Assembly: GCA_025935615.1 (NCBI GenBank)
Contig: JAICUY010000002.1
Span: forward strand, 6,605 to 70,604
DNA: 64,000 bases
Source: Steroidobacteraceae bacterium
GTDB lineage: Bacteria; Chloroflexota; Limnocylindria; QHBO01
Reading direction: 5' to 3'
Shown here piece by piece: positions 29,155 through 39,057 of this stretch (positions within the stretch are counted from its first letter, which is position 1; the number at the start of each line of letters is the position of its first letter). The translations under genes and the position numbers were made by a program. Below the pieces are notes generated by a model. The model worked only from the letters and a program-made list of their open reading frames with translations. It was not told where the DNA came from and made no database searches.

Positions 29155-30189
29155 GTGGACCTGGTCGACCAGCTGCGCGCGCTGCCCAAGGCGGAGCTGC
29201 ACCAGCACCTTGACGGGGCGCTGCGCCCGGCGACCGCCGTCGAGCTGGTGGGCGACATCGGCCTGCGCCTGTCGCTCGACGAGGCGCGCCGCCGGCTCAT
29301 CGCCCCGGTCCGCTGCGCGGACCAGGCTGAGCTGCTCACCTACATCGACCTGCCGATCGCGCTGTTGCAGAGCGCCGCCGCGCTGCGCCGCGCGGCGTCC
29401 GAGCTCGTCGCGGACATGGCCGCCGACGGTGTCACGTACGGAGAGATCCGCTGGGCGCCTCGCCTCCACCTCGATCGCGGCCTGGGCGTCGACGACGTGA
29501 TCGAGGCGGTGGCCGCCGGCGTGGCCGAATCCCGTGCGGCGCTCGGCGACGGCGCGCCGCTGATCGGGCTGATCGTCACCGCCATGCGCTCGCATCCACC
29601 GGCCGCCAACGTGGCACTTGCACGCAGCGCGGCGGCCTTCGGGCCGCCGGTCGTCGGCTTCGACCTCGCCGGCGCGGAGGCGGCCTTTCCCGCTCCCCCG
29701 CACGCCGCCGCCTTCCGCGCGGCGGAAGCCGGCGGCCTGGCGCTCACCGCCCACGCCGGCGAGGTCGCCGGCGCGCAGCGCATCCGGGAGGCGGTCGACC
29801 TCGGCGTGTCACGCATCGCCCACGGCGTCACCGCCGTCGAAGACCCGGCGATCGTGGAACTGCTCATCGAACGTGACATCACGCTGGACCTGTGCCCCAC
29901 CAGCAACGTGCAGGCGGGCATCGTCCCCGAGCTCGCTGCACATCCGCTGGCGCGGCTCCGTCGGGCCGGCGTGAGTGTCACCATCTCGACCGACGACCGC
30001 ACGGTCAGCGACACGACGCTCAGCGCGGAACTGGCGCGTACCGCCGCCGCGCTCGACATCCCGCGCGCTGAGCTGGCGGCGATCGCGCTGAACGGCTTTC
30101 GTCGCGGATTCACGCCGGGCGCCACGCTGGTTGGGCTCCAGCGAGCGGCGGCCACGCCCTGGAGCGGCTGGGTGGCGACCATCAGCTGA
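29155..30189 (+). CDS. add: Adenosine deaminase
   Basis: LPKAELHQHLDG, HAGE, RIAHG, CPTSN, STDD; TATCAT 6 nt before GTG. Confidence 0.9.
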   Translation: MDLVDQLRALPKAELHQHLDGALRPATAVELVGDIGLRLSLDEARRRLIAPVRCADQAELLTYIDLPIALLQSAAALRRAASELVADMAADGVTYGEIRWAPRLHLDRGLGVDDVIEAVAAGVAESRAALGDGAPLIGLIVTAMRSHPPAANVALARSAAAFGPPVVGFDLAGAEAAFPAPPHAAAFRAAEAGGLALTAHAGEVAGAQRIREAVDLGVSRIAHGVTAVEDPAIVELLIERDITLDLCPTSNVQAGIVPELAAHPLARLRRAGVSVTISTDDRTVSDTTLSAELARTAAALDIPRAELAAIALNGFRRGFTPGATLVGLQRAAATPWSGWVATIS

Positions 30190-31033
30190 GCCACGCGCCG
30201 AGCCGGTCTGCCAGCTCGGCCGGGTCGCGGGCCACCATCCATGGCCGATGGTCGCCGCTCAGCGCATCGGCCGCCTCGGCATCGGCCACGCCGGTCAGGA
30301 CCAGCGCGCAGCGGATGCCGGCGCGGTTGGCCGCGACCACGTCGGCATCCGGGTTGTCGCCGACGACCACCGCTGCCGACGGTGGCGTGCCGGTCTGCTC
30401 GAGGATCGCCTCGAACATCGCCGGCGACGGCTTGCCGATCACCACCGGCGCAACCCCGGACGCAGTGGCGATGGCGGCGACCATGGCACCGGCGCCGGGC
30501 AGGAAGCCGCGGCGGGTGGGGTAGCGGGCATCGGCGTTGGTGGCGACGAACGACGCACCGCCAAGCAGCGCCGCCTGCGCCGCTGCGAGAGCGTGGAAGC
30601 CGAACGAGAGGTCGAGGCCGGCGACGACCGCGTCGTAGTGCTCGTTCAGCGGCCCGTCCTCGCCCTGCCGCGCGGCCTCGGCTGCGCGCGTGACCCGGTA
30701 GCCGGCGGCCTGCAGCATGCCGTGCAGCCCGTCCTCCCCGACCGCGAGCACGCTCCTCACCTCGGGGAGGTGCCGCTGCAGGTGGTCGATGGTGGCGGTG
30801 GTGGAGGTCACGATCTCCTCTGCACGCGTGGCCACACCGATCGCCTCCAGCCGGCGCGCGAAGTCCTCAGGACGGCGCATCGAATTGTTGGTGGCGAATC
30901 GCACGGCGATCCGCGCTCGCCGCAGGCCATCGATCAGCAGCGGCGCACCCGGAACGGCGCGGTCACCGCGGTAGACGACCCCGTCCAGATCGAAGATGAC
31001 CAGCTGCGGCCGTGGGCCTGGGTCGCTCTGCAT
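30182..31033 (-). CDS. HAD-IIA family hydrolase (NagD-like nucleotidase)
   Basis: DLDGV, TNNS, ATNAD, GKPS, GDNPDAD. Confidence 0.92.
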   Translation of the reverse strand: MQSDPGPRPQLVIFDLDGVVYRGDRAVPGAPLLIDGLRRARIAVRFATNNSMRRPEDFARRLEAIGVATRAEEIVTSTTATIDHLQRHLPEVRSVLAVGEDGLHGMLQAAGYRVTRAAEAARQGEDGPLNEHYDAVVAGLDLSFGFHALAAAQAALLGGASFVATNADARYPTRRGFLPGAGAMVAAIATASGVAPVVIGKPSPAMFEAILEQTGTPPSAAVVVGDNPDADVVAANRAGIRCALVLTGVADAEAADALSGDHRPWMVARDPAELADRLGAWLS

Positions 31034-31084
31034 CGGCGCGATGATATCGGCGCGACCACATGGCGCGTGCACGGCATGTCGGAC

Positions 31085-31131
31085 TGCAACGCACATTTGC
31101 ATTGAGCGCCGCTCAGCGGAGGCAGTATCAT
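31085..31131 (+). promoter_or_regulatory. Promoter region of nucleoside ABC operon with candidate operator
   Basis: TGCAA-N7-TTGCA (31085-31101) abutting TTGAGC-N18-TATCAT (31102-31131). Confidence 0.45.
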
Positions 31132-31214
31132 GCCGCGGATTCGCGCCGGGGTGTCCACCCGGCTGCGCACGAGCGCGCCGTCAAGCGGCGCACCACGGAG
31201 GCTAAGGAGATTCC

Positions 31215-32333
31215 ATGCGGAAGCAACGGTTCGGCCTGCTGGCCAGCCTCAGCGTCGCGGCTCTCATCCTGGGAGCCTGCCAGGGCACCGGTCCGGGCAC
31301 CGGCAGCGGAAGCCAGGGCCCGACGAGCGACTTGAAGATCGGCCTGGTGACCGACGTCGGCACGCTCGACGACAAGAACTTCAACCAGTTCAGCTGGGAG
31401 GGTGCCAAGCAGGGCGCTCAGGCGATCGGCGCGCCGGAGCCGCAGTCGGTCGTGACGACCGCATCGGCCGACTACGCCAAGAACATCCAGTCCTTCGTTG
31501 ACCAGGACTACGACATCATCGTCACGGTCGGCTTTGCCCTCGGCAACGACACCACCAAGGCTGCCAAGGCCAATCCGAACATCAAGTTCATCGGTGTCGA
31601 CCAGGGCCTGTGCGTCACCGAGAGTGGTGATCCCGACCCCGATTTCGGCTGCAAGGGTGACGCCGCCAAGCTGCTACCGAATTACCAGGGCCTTGTCTTC
31701 AAGGAGCAGCAGCCCGGGTACCTGGCCGGCATCGTGGCGGCCAGCATCAGCAAGTCCGGCCACATCGCGGCCATCGGCGGCACGAAGGTCGTTCCCGCCG
31801 TCGCCAACTACATTGCCGGCTACGCCAACGGCGCGATGTCGGTCAATCCCGACATCAAGGTCGAGCAGCAGTTCGTCTCCGAGGCGCCCGACAACGCGGC
31901 GTTCAACGACCCGGCCGGCGGCAAGGCCTTCGCCGAGCAGCTGCTCGCCCAGAATCCGGACGTCGACGTCCTGTTCCAGGTCGCCGGCAAGACGGGCAAT
32001 GGCGTGCTGCAGGCAGCGTGCGACGCCAACATCCACGCCATCGGCGTCGACGTCGACCAGCACGAGTCGACCCCCGAGTCGGCGAAGTGCATCGTGACCA
32101 GCGCCGAGAAGAAGCTGACCAAGGCAGTCTCGGACGCGATCAAGCGCGTCGCGGACGGGTCCGATAAGGGCGGCACGGTGCCGCTCGACATCACGACCGA
32201 CAGCATTGGTCTGGCTCCCTTCTACGACGCCCAGAGCCTGATCACCCCGGACATCCAGTCGAAGATCGACGCGGCGATCAAGGGGCTCAAGGACGGCTCG
32301 ATCGATCCGTGCAGCCCCACCGCCTGCGTGTGA
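31215..32333 (+). CDS. BMP family ABC substrate-binding lipoprotein (nucleoside)
   Basis: Lipobox LGAC; DDKNFNQ.SWEG, IGVDVDQ. Confidence 0.92.
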   Translation: MRKQRFGLLASLSVAALILGACQGTGPGTGSGSQGPTSDLKIGLVTDVGTLDDKNFNQFSWEGAKQGAQAIGAPEPQSVVTTASADYAKNIQSFVDQDYDIIVTVGFALGNDTTKAAKANPNIKFIGVDQGLCVTESGDPDPDFGCKGDAAKLLPNYQGLVFKEQQPGYLAGIVAASISKSGHIAAIGGTKVVPAVANYIAGYANGAMSVNPDIKVEQQFVSEAPDNAAFNDPAGGKAFAEQLLAQNPDVDVLFQVAGKTGNGVLQAACDANIHAIGVDVDQHESTPESAKCIVTSAEKKLTKAVSDAIKRVADGSDKGGTVPLDITTDSIGLAPFYDAQSLITPDIQSKIDAAIKGLKDGSIDPCSPTACV

Positions 32334-32362
32334 TTCGAACGCCTCTGACCTGAGAGCGATCA

Positions 32363-32394
32363 CGAGCGGGCCGTCCCACGGGGCGGCCCGCTCG
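32363..32394 (+). other. Intercistronic stem-loop after BMP gene
   Basis: CGAGCGGGCCGTCCC..GGGGCGGCCCGCTCG. Confidence 0.65.
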
Positions 32395-32408
32395 CTGTTC
32401 GACCATCG

Positions 32409-33986
32409 ATGACCGAGCCGACCGCACCCCTCGAGCAGCACGGTCCCCCGCCGGCGCTCGAGATGCGCGGCATCACCAAGCGCTATCCGGGGGTGCTGGC
32501 GAACGACGGGATCGACCTGCAGGTCCACCCCGGCGAGATCCACGCGTTGCTCGGCGAGAACGGCGCCGGCAAGACGACCCTGATGAACATCCTGTACGGG
32601 CTGGCGACGCCCGATGCCGGACAGATCCTGCTCGACGGCGAGCCGGTCAGCATCTCGAGCCCATCGGACGCCATCCGCCGCGGCATCAGCATGGTCCACC
32701 AGCACTTCATGCTGGTTCCGGTACTGTCGGTGGCAGACAACATCCTGCTTGGCGAGGAGCCGATGGCAGGACCGGTCTTCCTCGATCGCCGTTCGGCGTA
32801 CGGGCGCCTGCGGGACCTCGCCACGTTCTTCGGCTGGGAGATCGATCTGGATGCTCCGGTCGGGACCCTGTCGGTCGGCTGGCAGCAGCGCGTCGAGATC
32901 CTCAAGGCCGTGTACCGCAATGCACAGATCCTCGTCCTCGACGAGCCGACGGCGGTCCTGACACCCCAGGAGACCCGCGAGATCTTCACCATGCTGCGCC
33001 GGCTGACCACCGAGGGCTACAGCATCATCTTCATCAGCCACAAGCTGTATGAAGTGCTCGAGATCGCGAACCGCATCACCGTCATCCGACGCGGGCGCGT
33101 CGTCGGCGAGCGCCTTCCGTCGCAGACCGATGAGGAGGACCTGGCTCAGCTGATGGTCGGCCGCGAGGTACAGCTCACCGTCGACCGCGGCACGAGCCAC
33201 CCCGGAGAGCCGCGGCTGGTGGTCGACGACCTGTATGCGCGGGATGATCGCGGCCACGAAGTGGTTCACGGCGTCAGCCTCGAGGTCCGCGCCGGTGAGG
33301 TGCTCGGCATCGCCGGCGTGGCGGGCAACGGGCAGGACGAGCTGGTCGAGGCGCTGGTCGGCCTGCGGCGGCCCAGCGCGGGTCGAGTGCAGCTCGACGG
33401 CCACGACGTGACGGGTGCCGGACCGCGCGACCTCCACCAGCGGGGCATGGCCTTCGTCCCCGCCGACAGGCATCGATTCGGCCTCGTGCTGTCGTACCCG
33501 CTCACCGACAACCTGGTGCTGACCGACTACTTCCGTCCGCCGTACGCGCGCGGCATCATGCGGGACGAGGACGCGATCCGGGTCCAGGCCGGGAAGGCGG
33601 TCGAGCAGTACGACATCCGCACGCCGTCGGTCGACGTGGCGGCCGCCACGCTATCCGGCGGCAACCAGCAGAAGGTCATCGTGGCCCGCGAGCTCGACCG
33701 CGACCTGCGGCTGCTGGTCCTCGACCAGCCGACCCGCGGCCTCGACGTCGGCAGCATCGAGTTCATCCACCGCCAGGCGATCGCCAAGCGCGACGCCGGC
33801 ACGGCCATCCTGCTCGTCTCGGCCGAGCTCGACGAGGTCCTCGAGCTGTCGGATCGGATCGGCGTCATGTACCGCGGCCGGCTCGTCGCGCTGATGGACG
33901 CCCGCAGCGCGACGCGCGAAGCCGTCGGCCTGCTGATGGCGACCGGAGGCAGCCAGCCGCAGAAGACCGATACGGGCGCGGCATGA
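32409..33986 (+). CDS. Nucleoside/sugar ABC ATP-binding protein (tandem NBD)
   Basis: GENGAGKTT, MVHQHF, LSGGNQQK, PTRGLDVG. Confidence 0.94.
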   Translation: MTEPTAPLEQHGPPPALEMRGITKRYPGVLANDGIDLQVHPGEIHALLGENGAGKTTLMNILYGLATPDAGQILLDGEPVSISSPSDAIRRGISMVHQHFMLVPVLSVADNILLGEEPMAGPVFLDRRSAYGRLRDLATFFGWEIDLDAPVGTLSVGWQQRVEILKAVYRNAQILVLDEPTAVLTPQETREIFTMLRRLTTEGYSIIFISHKLYEVLEIANRITVIRRGRVVGERLPSQTDEEDLAQLMVGREVQLTVDRGTSHPGEPRLVVDDLYARDDRGHEVVHGVSLEVRAGEVLGIAGVAGNGQDELVEALVGLRRPSAGRVQLDGHDVTGAGPRDLHQRGMAFVPADRHRFGLVLSYPLTDNLVLTDYFRPPYARGIMRDEDAIRVQAGKAVEQYDIRTPSVDVAAATLSGGNQQKVIVARELDRDLRLLVLDQPTRGLDVGSIEFIHRQAIAKRDAGTAILLVSAELDEVLELSDRIGVMYRGRLVALMDARSATREAVGLLMATGGSQPQKTDTGAA

Positions 33987-35098
33987 ACCTGCGCCGCACG
34001 CTGTCGCTGGTCACCATCCCGCTCCTGGCCATCGTGCTGGCCCTGATCGTCGGGGCGGTCGTGATCATCGCCAGCTCGCCGCTGGTCAGCGGCCATCTCG
34101 ACCTGGTCCTCCCGCTGCGCGCCTACGCGGCACTGGTGAGCGGCGCATTCGGGACCGTGAACGGGCTGATCCAGACCATCGTCAGCGCCTCGCCGCTCAT
34201 CCTGGCCGGCCTCGCGGTCAGCATCGGCTTCAAGGCAGGCCTCTTCAACATCGGCGCCCAGGGGCAGTTCCTGGTCGGCGCGGTCGCCGCCGCAGCCGTC
34301 GGTGCCGGCCTCGCGCACGCGCCGGCGCCGGTCGCGATCGGCGTTTCGATTCTCGCGGCACTGGTGGCGGGCGCGGTCTACGGCTTCATCCCCGGCTTCC
34401 TCAAGGCGTTCACCGGAGCGCACGAGGTGGTCACCACGATCATGCTCAACTACATCGCCATCCAGTTCGTGGCGTATCTGATCACCGGGCCGCTGCGCGC
34501 CACCGGCGCGACCTTCGCGCGTTCGCCATCGGTCGGCGCCGCCGAGCTGCCCGTTCTCATCGGCCGCAACGGGCACCTCGGAATCCTGTTCGCGCTGGTG
34601 GCGGTGCCGATCGCCTGGTGGCTGCTGTATCGCACCACCATCGGCTTCGAAGTCCGCACCGTTGGCGCCAATCCCGACGCCGCACGCTACGCCGGGATGT
34701 CGCCGCGTTGGATAGTGATCGCCACCATGACGGTCTGCGGCCTACTGGCCGGGCTGGCCGGAGCGGGCGAAATCCTGGGCATCACCGGCTACATGCCGGC
34801 GGGCTATTCAACCAATGTCGGCTTCGACGGCATCACCGTCGCGCTGCTGGGTCGAGCAAATCCCATCGGCATCCTGTTCGGCGGGCTGCTGCTGGGCGCC
34901 ATGCGCGCCGGGTCGAACCTGATGCAGATCCAGGCGGGCGTGCCCGTTCAGATGATCGACGTGCTGCAGGGCGTGATCCTCTTCTTCCTTGCCGCCGAGC
35001 TGGTCGTGCGCTATGTCTTCCGCGTCCGCGCGGCTCGGGCCCAGGTCACGGAGCTGCAGACGGTGTCGCGCTCGTACGGCCAGCAGACCACGCCGTAG
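33983..35098 (+). CDS. Nucleoside ABC permease 1
   Basis: GLFNIGAQGQ, HEVVTTIMLNY, GFDGITVALLG. Confidence 0.92.
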   Translation: MNLRRTLSLVTIPLLAIVLALIVGAVVIIASSPLVSGHLDLVLPLRAYAALVSGAFGTVNGLIQTIVSASPLILAGLAVSIGFKAGLFNIGAQGQFLVGAVAAAAVGAGLAHAPAPVAIGVSILAALVAGAVYGFIPGFLKAFTGAHEVVTTIMLNYIAIQFVAYLITGPLRATGATFARSPSVGAAELPVLIGRNGHLGILFALVAVPIAWWLLYRTTIGFEVRTVGANPDAARYAGMSPRWIVIATMTVCGLLAGLAGAGEILGITGYMPAGYSTNVGFDGITVALLGRANPIGILFGGLLLGAMRAGSNLMQIQAGVPVQMIDVLQGVILFFLAAELVVRYVFRVRAARAQVTELQTVSRSYGQQTTP

Positions 35099-35101
35099 GC
35101 C

Positions 35102-36166
35102 ATGGAAGCCATCCTCGACCTGCCGGTCATCGGCCTGATTCTCCAGTTCATCGGCTACCTGGTGCAGGTCGTCGTGCTCAACGGTGGACTGATCATCACG
35201 CTGTCCACGCCGATCGGTCTCGGCGCCCTGTGCGGCTTCATGAACGAACGCTCCGGCGTGGTGAACATCGGCATCGAGGGGATGATGCTGGCCAGCGCCT
35301 TCGGTGCCTGGTATGTCGCGTCGATCAGCGCCGGCTTCCTCCCGGACGCGGCGGGGCCGCTTGGCTTCACCCTCCCGCTGCTGATCGGCCTGCTGGCCGG
35401 GCTCGCCACGGGCGTGCTGGTGTCGCTGGCCCATGCGTGGCTGTCGATCACCGTGCGCGCCGACCAGATCATCTCGGGCACGATCATCAACATCGTGGCG
35501 CTCGGCATCACCGGCTACCTGGCGCTGCTGATCAGCCAGAGCTCGCCGCGCTCCGCCGGCAATCTTTCGGCCCTGAACCTGCCGCAGCCGGTGACCGACA
35601 TCCCGGTCCTCGGCTGGCTGCTGGCGACCTTCCTGGAGCACGGACCGATCACCCTCTCGATGCTGGTCGTGGTGGTGGTTCTGCAGGTGCTCCTCTACCG
35701 CTCGCGCTGGGGCCTGCGCACCAGGGCTGTCGGCGAGCACCCGCGCGCCGCTGAGACGGTCGGCATCGACGTCATCGCGCTGCGCTACCGCAACGTCCTG
35801 CTCGGCGGCCTGCTGGCCGGACTGGCGGGAGCCTGGTTCACGATCGAGTACGGCAACTCGTTCCAGAGCGGCATGACGAACGGCCGCGGCTTCATCGCCC
35901 TGGCCGCCCTCATCTTCGGTCGCTGGACACCGCTCGGATCGGTGGGCGCCGCGCTGCTGTTCGGGCTTGCCGATACGTTCGGGCGTGCCATCCGGCAGAC
36001 GCCGCCGGCCGGCGATCTGGGTGCGGTGCTGGGCGCCATCCCGCCGCAGGTGTTTGCCGCCCTGCCCTACATCGTGACCATCATCGTGCTGGCAGGCGTG
36101 GTGGGCCGCAGCATTCCGCCGGCGGCCGACGGACAGCCGTATGAGCGCGAGGCGACCGCCCGCTAA
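35102..36166 (+). CDS. Nucleoside ABC permease 2
   Basis: ERSGVVNIGIEG, GRGFIALAALIFGRW, LPYIVT. Confidence 0.92.
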   Translation: MEAILDLPVIGLILQFIGYLVQVVVLNGGLIITLSTPIGLGALCGFMNERSGVVNIGIEGMMLASAFGAWYVASISAGFLPDAAGPLGFTLPLLIGLLAGLATGVLVSLAHAWLSITVRADQIISGTIINIVALGITGYLALLISQSSPRSAGNLSALNLPQPVTDIPVLGWLLATFLEHGPITLSMLVVVVVLQVLLYRSRWGLRTRAVGEHPRAAETVGIDVIALRYRNVLLGGLLAGLAGAWFTIEYGNSFQSGMTNGRGFIALAALIFGRWTPLGSVGAALLFGLADTFGRAIRQTPPAGDLGAVLGAIPPQVFAALPYIVTIIVLAGVVGRSIPPAADGQPYEREATAR

Positions 36167-36183
36167 ACGCGTGCGGACGCCCG

Positions 36184-36942
36184 TCAGCCGGTCGCCAACT
36201 CCAAACCACCGGGCTGCGCCGTCGGCGGACGCGCACTGGGCGGCACGCGAAGCAGCTCGTCGCTCAGCTCGAGACCGCGCAGCGCGGCGAAGACGGGCCG
36301 CTGGTCGTAGTCGACGCTGCGGAAGCCGATGGCCACGTCCGGCTGGCCGATGTAGACCACCGCGTAGCGGGCGCGGCCATCGCCGTCGAGCCCGCAGCCG
36401 ACGGACCCGGCGGCCACGAAATGGCTCTGCCCCACGATGCGGTGGAAGCTCTCGTGGGTGTGGCCGAAGCAGAACAGGTCATCGGCCTCGTCGCTGGCGA
36501 TGCGGGCGAAGTAGCGCGACGGCCGATCGGCCCACAGGTACTCGGTAGCCTTCAGTGGCGATCCGTGGAAGAGCAGGATCGAGCGGCCGTCGACGCTGAA
36601 GCGCTGGCTGGTCGGCAGGTTCCGCAGCCAGGCCCGGTTTTCGTCGGTGATGACGCGCTGCGTCCACGACAGCGAGGTCATACCCTGCTCCTCCGCCTCG
36701 GGGCCGGCGAAGACCGCACCACTTTCGACGCGGTCCATGCCAACCGCCTCGTCCCAGTTGCCCTGCACGGTCGGGATGTCGAGCGCGCGCAGCATCTCGA
36801 CCACCTCGTTCGGATGCGGGCCGCGACCGACCACGTCACCGGCGCACCACACCGTCTCGCAGCCGATGGCGGCGGCGTCGTCGAGCACGGCGCGCAGCGC
36901 GGGCAGGTTGGCGTGGATGTCGGCGATCAGGGCGGCGCGCAT
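36184..36942 (-). CDS. Metallophosphoesterase family protein
   Basis: ADIHAN, GDVVG, GNWD, HGSP, GHTH; TAGAAT 7 nt before ATG 36942. Confidence 0.9.
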   Translation of the reverse strand: MRAALIADIHANLPALRAVLDDAAAIGCETVWCAGDVVGRGPHPNEVVEMLRALDIPTVQGNWDEAVGMDRVESGAVFAGPEAEEQGMTSLSWTQRVITDENRAWLRNLPTSQRFSVDGRSILLFHGSPLKATEYLWADRPSRYFARIASDEADDLFCFGHTHESFHRIVGQSHFVAAGSVGCGLDGDGRARYAVVYIGQPDVAIGFRSVDYDQRPVFAALRGLELSDELLRVPPSARPPTAQPGGLELATG

Positions 36943-37016
36943 GGCCGCCATTCTAGAAGCGACCTAGACCGCGGCAATCACCCAATGTGCGCGCCCGGCG
37001 TGGTACGTCGGGGTCG

Positions 37017-38114
37017 TCAGCTGGCGGCCGCGGCGAGCCCGCCGCCGGCAAACGGCGCCGCCACCACGCTCACGCGGCCGGCGACCGTGCGTGCCAGCCC
37101 GCGCAGCGCCGTCGCCGCGGCCGAATCCTCCGATCCGGGGTACTGCGTCGAGGTGATCGGCACGCCGGCATCGCCGCCGGTGCGCACGCCGGGCTCCAGC
37201 GGGACGCGGCCCAGCACCTCCAGCTCGAGCTCGCGGGCGATCTTCTCGCCGCCGCCCGAGCCGAAGATGTCGTGCTCCTCGCGACAGTTGGGACAGATGA
37301 AGCCGCTCATGTTCTCGACCACGCCCAGCGTGCGGACGTTCACCTTGTTGAACATGGCGATCGCCTTGCGCGCATCGGTCAGGGAGACCTCCTGCGGCGT
37401 CGTCACCACCACCGCGCCGGTGAGCGGGATCAGCTGCGACAGCGACAGCGCCGCGTCACCGGTCCCGGGCGGCAGGTCGACGACCAGGTAGTCGAGCTCG
37501 CCCCACTCCACGTCGCGCAGGAACTGCTGGATGGCCGAGTGGATGAGCGGACCACGCCAGATCACCGGGGCATCGCCGGTGAGGAAGTACTGGATGCTCA
37601 TCATCTGCACGCCGTGGCTGATCACCGGGTTGACGCGGCCCGCGGCGCCGGTGACGTGCGCGCCTTCGGTGCCCATCATCAGCGGCACGTTGGGTCCGGT
37701 GATGTCGGCGTCCAGCAGGCCCACCCGTGCGCCGTCGCGCGCCAGGCTGACGGCCAGGTTGACCGCGACGGTGGTCTTGCCCACGCCGCCCTTGCCGGAT
37801 GCCACGGCGATGGTGTTGCGCACTCCGGGAATCAGGTCGGCGGCCGGTCCGCCGAAGGAGCGCTTGACGTTCGATGCCCAATCGACCCGAACGGCCGCGG
37901 CGCCCAGCGCCGCCAGCTCGTCGACGATCTCGGACTCGATCTTGGCTTTGAGGGGGCAGGCGGGGGTGGTCAGCTCGACGGTGAGGTCCACCGTGCTGCC
38001 GTCGATGGCGATCTCCTTCACCATCCCCAGTGAGACGAGGTCGCGCCCGATCTCCGGATCCTTGACCCGCGACAGGGCGCTCATGATGTTCTCGTTGGTC
38101 AGCGCGTCAGGCAT
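37017..38114 (-). CDS. mrp: Mrp/ApbC (NBP35) Fe-S cluster carrier ATPase with N-terminal DUF59
   Basis: DPEIG, TTPACP, SGKGGVGKTT, DLPPGTGD, ENMSGFICPNC. Confidence 0.93.
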   Translation of the reverse strand: MPDALTNENIMSALSRVKDPEIGRDLVSLGMVKEIAIDGSTVDLTVELTTPACPLKAKIESEIVDELAALGAAAVRVDWASNVKRSFGGPAADLIPGVRNTIAVASGKGGVGKTTVAVNLAVSLARDGARVGLLDADITGPNVPLMMGTEGAHVTGAAGRVNPVISHGVQMMSIQYFLTGDAPVIWRGPLIHSAIQQFLRDVEWGELDYLVVDLPPGTGDAALSLSQLIPLTGAVVVTTPQEVSLTDARKAIAMFNKVNVRTLGVVENMSGFICPNCREEHDIFGSGGGEKIARELELEVLGRVPLEPGVRTGGDAGVPITSTQYPGSEDSAAATALRGLARTVAGRVSVVAAPFAGGGLAAAAS

Positions 38115-38178
38115 GGGCTGAGCGTAGCAGAGGCGGGCGCATTGGTCCCGGAGCGCCTCCGACCGGCGGCCTCGCGAG

Positions 38179-39039
38179 TCAGTCGAGGCCGGAGAAGAGG
38201 TCGGTGTCCGCGGCTGCCTCGACGCCTGCCGCGACCGGCAGGTTGCTGCGCGCCAGGCGATAGGACTCGGTCGCCAGGAATCGGTCGCGCGCGTCGGCGG
38301 GCCAGTCGCTGAAGGGGCCGTCGGATCCGGTCTGCGAGACATGCCGGCTGATGGCCGCCAGCTTCAGTCCTGCCAGGTCACCCAGCTCGAGGGTCAGGGT
38401 CGGTCCCTGCTGCGAGCCGTAGCCTGCCGGGGCGCCTTCCCCGGCGGCGACCAGCTGCTCGGCCGGAACCACCAGGTGGTACAGCTTGGCCGCCCGCCAG
38501 GCCACCTGGTCCTCCTCGATGTCGTCCTCGTAGGCCAGCGGCTGCGCCGCGCGCTCGAAGGCGGTGTCGACGGCACGCGCCAGGCTGATGTGATCGGCGT
38601 CGCCGGTGACGCCATCCGGCCCGAACGACAAGATCACCTCGGGCCGATGCATGCGGATGGGCTCGACCAGGCGGCCGATCAGCTCGTCGGGCTTGACCGA
38701 TGCCAGCTCGTCCTCGGCGTAGTCGAGCATGCGCAGCACCCGCACGCCGAGCAGCGCCACCGAGCGCCGCAGCTCATCCTCGCGAACGGTGTCGAGGTTG
38801 CGCCACACGACCGGCTTGGCGTAGGACCGATTCCGACCGCCGGGCGCCGGTGCGGGATCGAGCAGTCGGGAATCGAAGAAGCCCCGCGTCGCGCACACCA
38901 CCACCACGTAGGCGCCGGCCGCGGCGGCGGCGGCGATCGCTCCACCGAAGCCGAACGCCTCGTCGCCCGGGTGGGCGACGACGACCATCAGGCTGCGCGC
39001 TGGATTGCGCTCTCGGACCGGCCGCCAGATCGAGGACAC
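38179..39039 (-). CDS. PIG-L/MshB-like deacetylase family protein with altered catalytic motifs
   Basis: AHPGDE, RPEVILSF, GDADH, KLAAISRHVSQ. Confidence 0.8.
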   Translation of the reverse strand: MSSIWRPVRERNPARSLMVVVAHPGDEAFGFGGAIAAAAAAGAYVVVVCATRGFFDSRLLDPAPAPGGRNRSYAKPVVWRNLDTVREDELRRSVALLGVRVLRMLDYAEDELASVKPDELIGRLVEPIRMHRPEVILSFGPDGVTGDADHISLARAVDTAFERAAQPLAYEDDIEEDQVAWRAAKLYHLVVPAEQLVAAGEGAPAGYGSQQGPTLTLELGDLAGLKLAAISRHVSQTGSDGPFSDWPADARDRFLATESYRLARSNLPVAAGVEAAADTDLFSGLD

Positions 39040-39057
39040 GGCCGGGAGTATAGAGGC

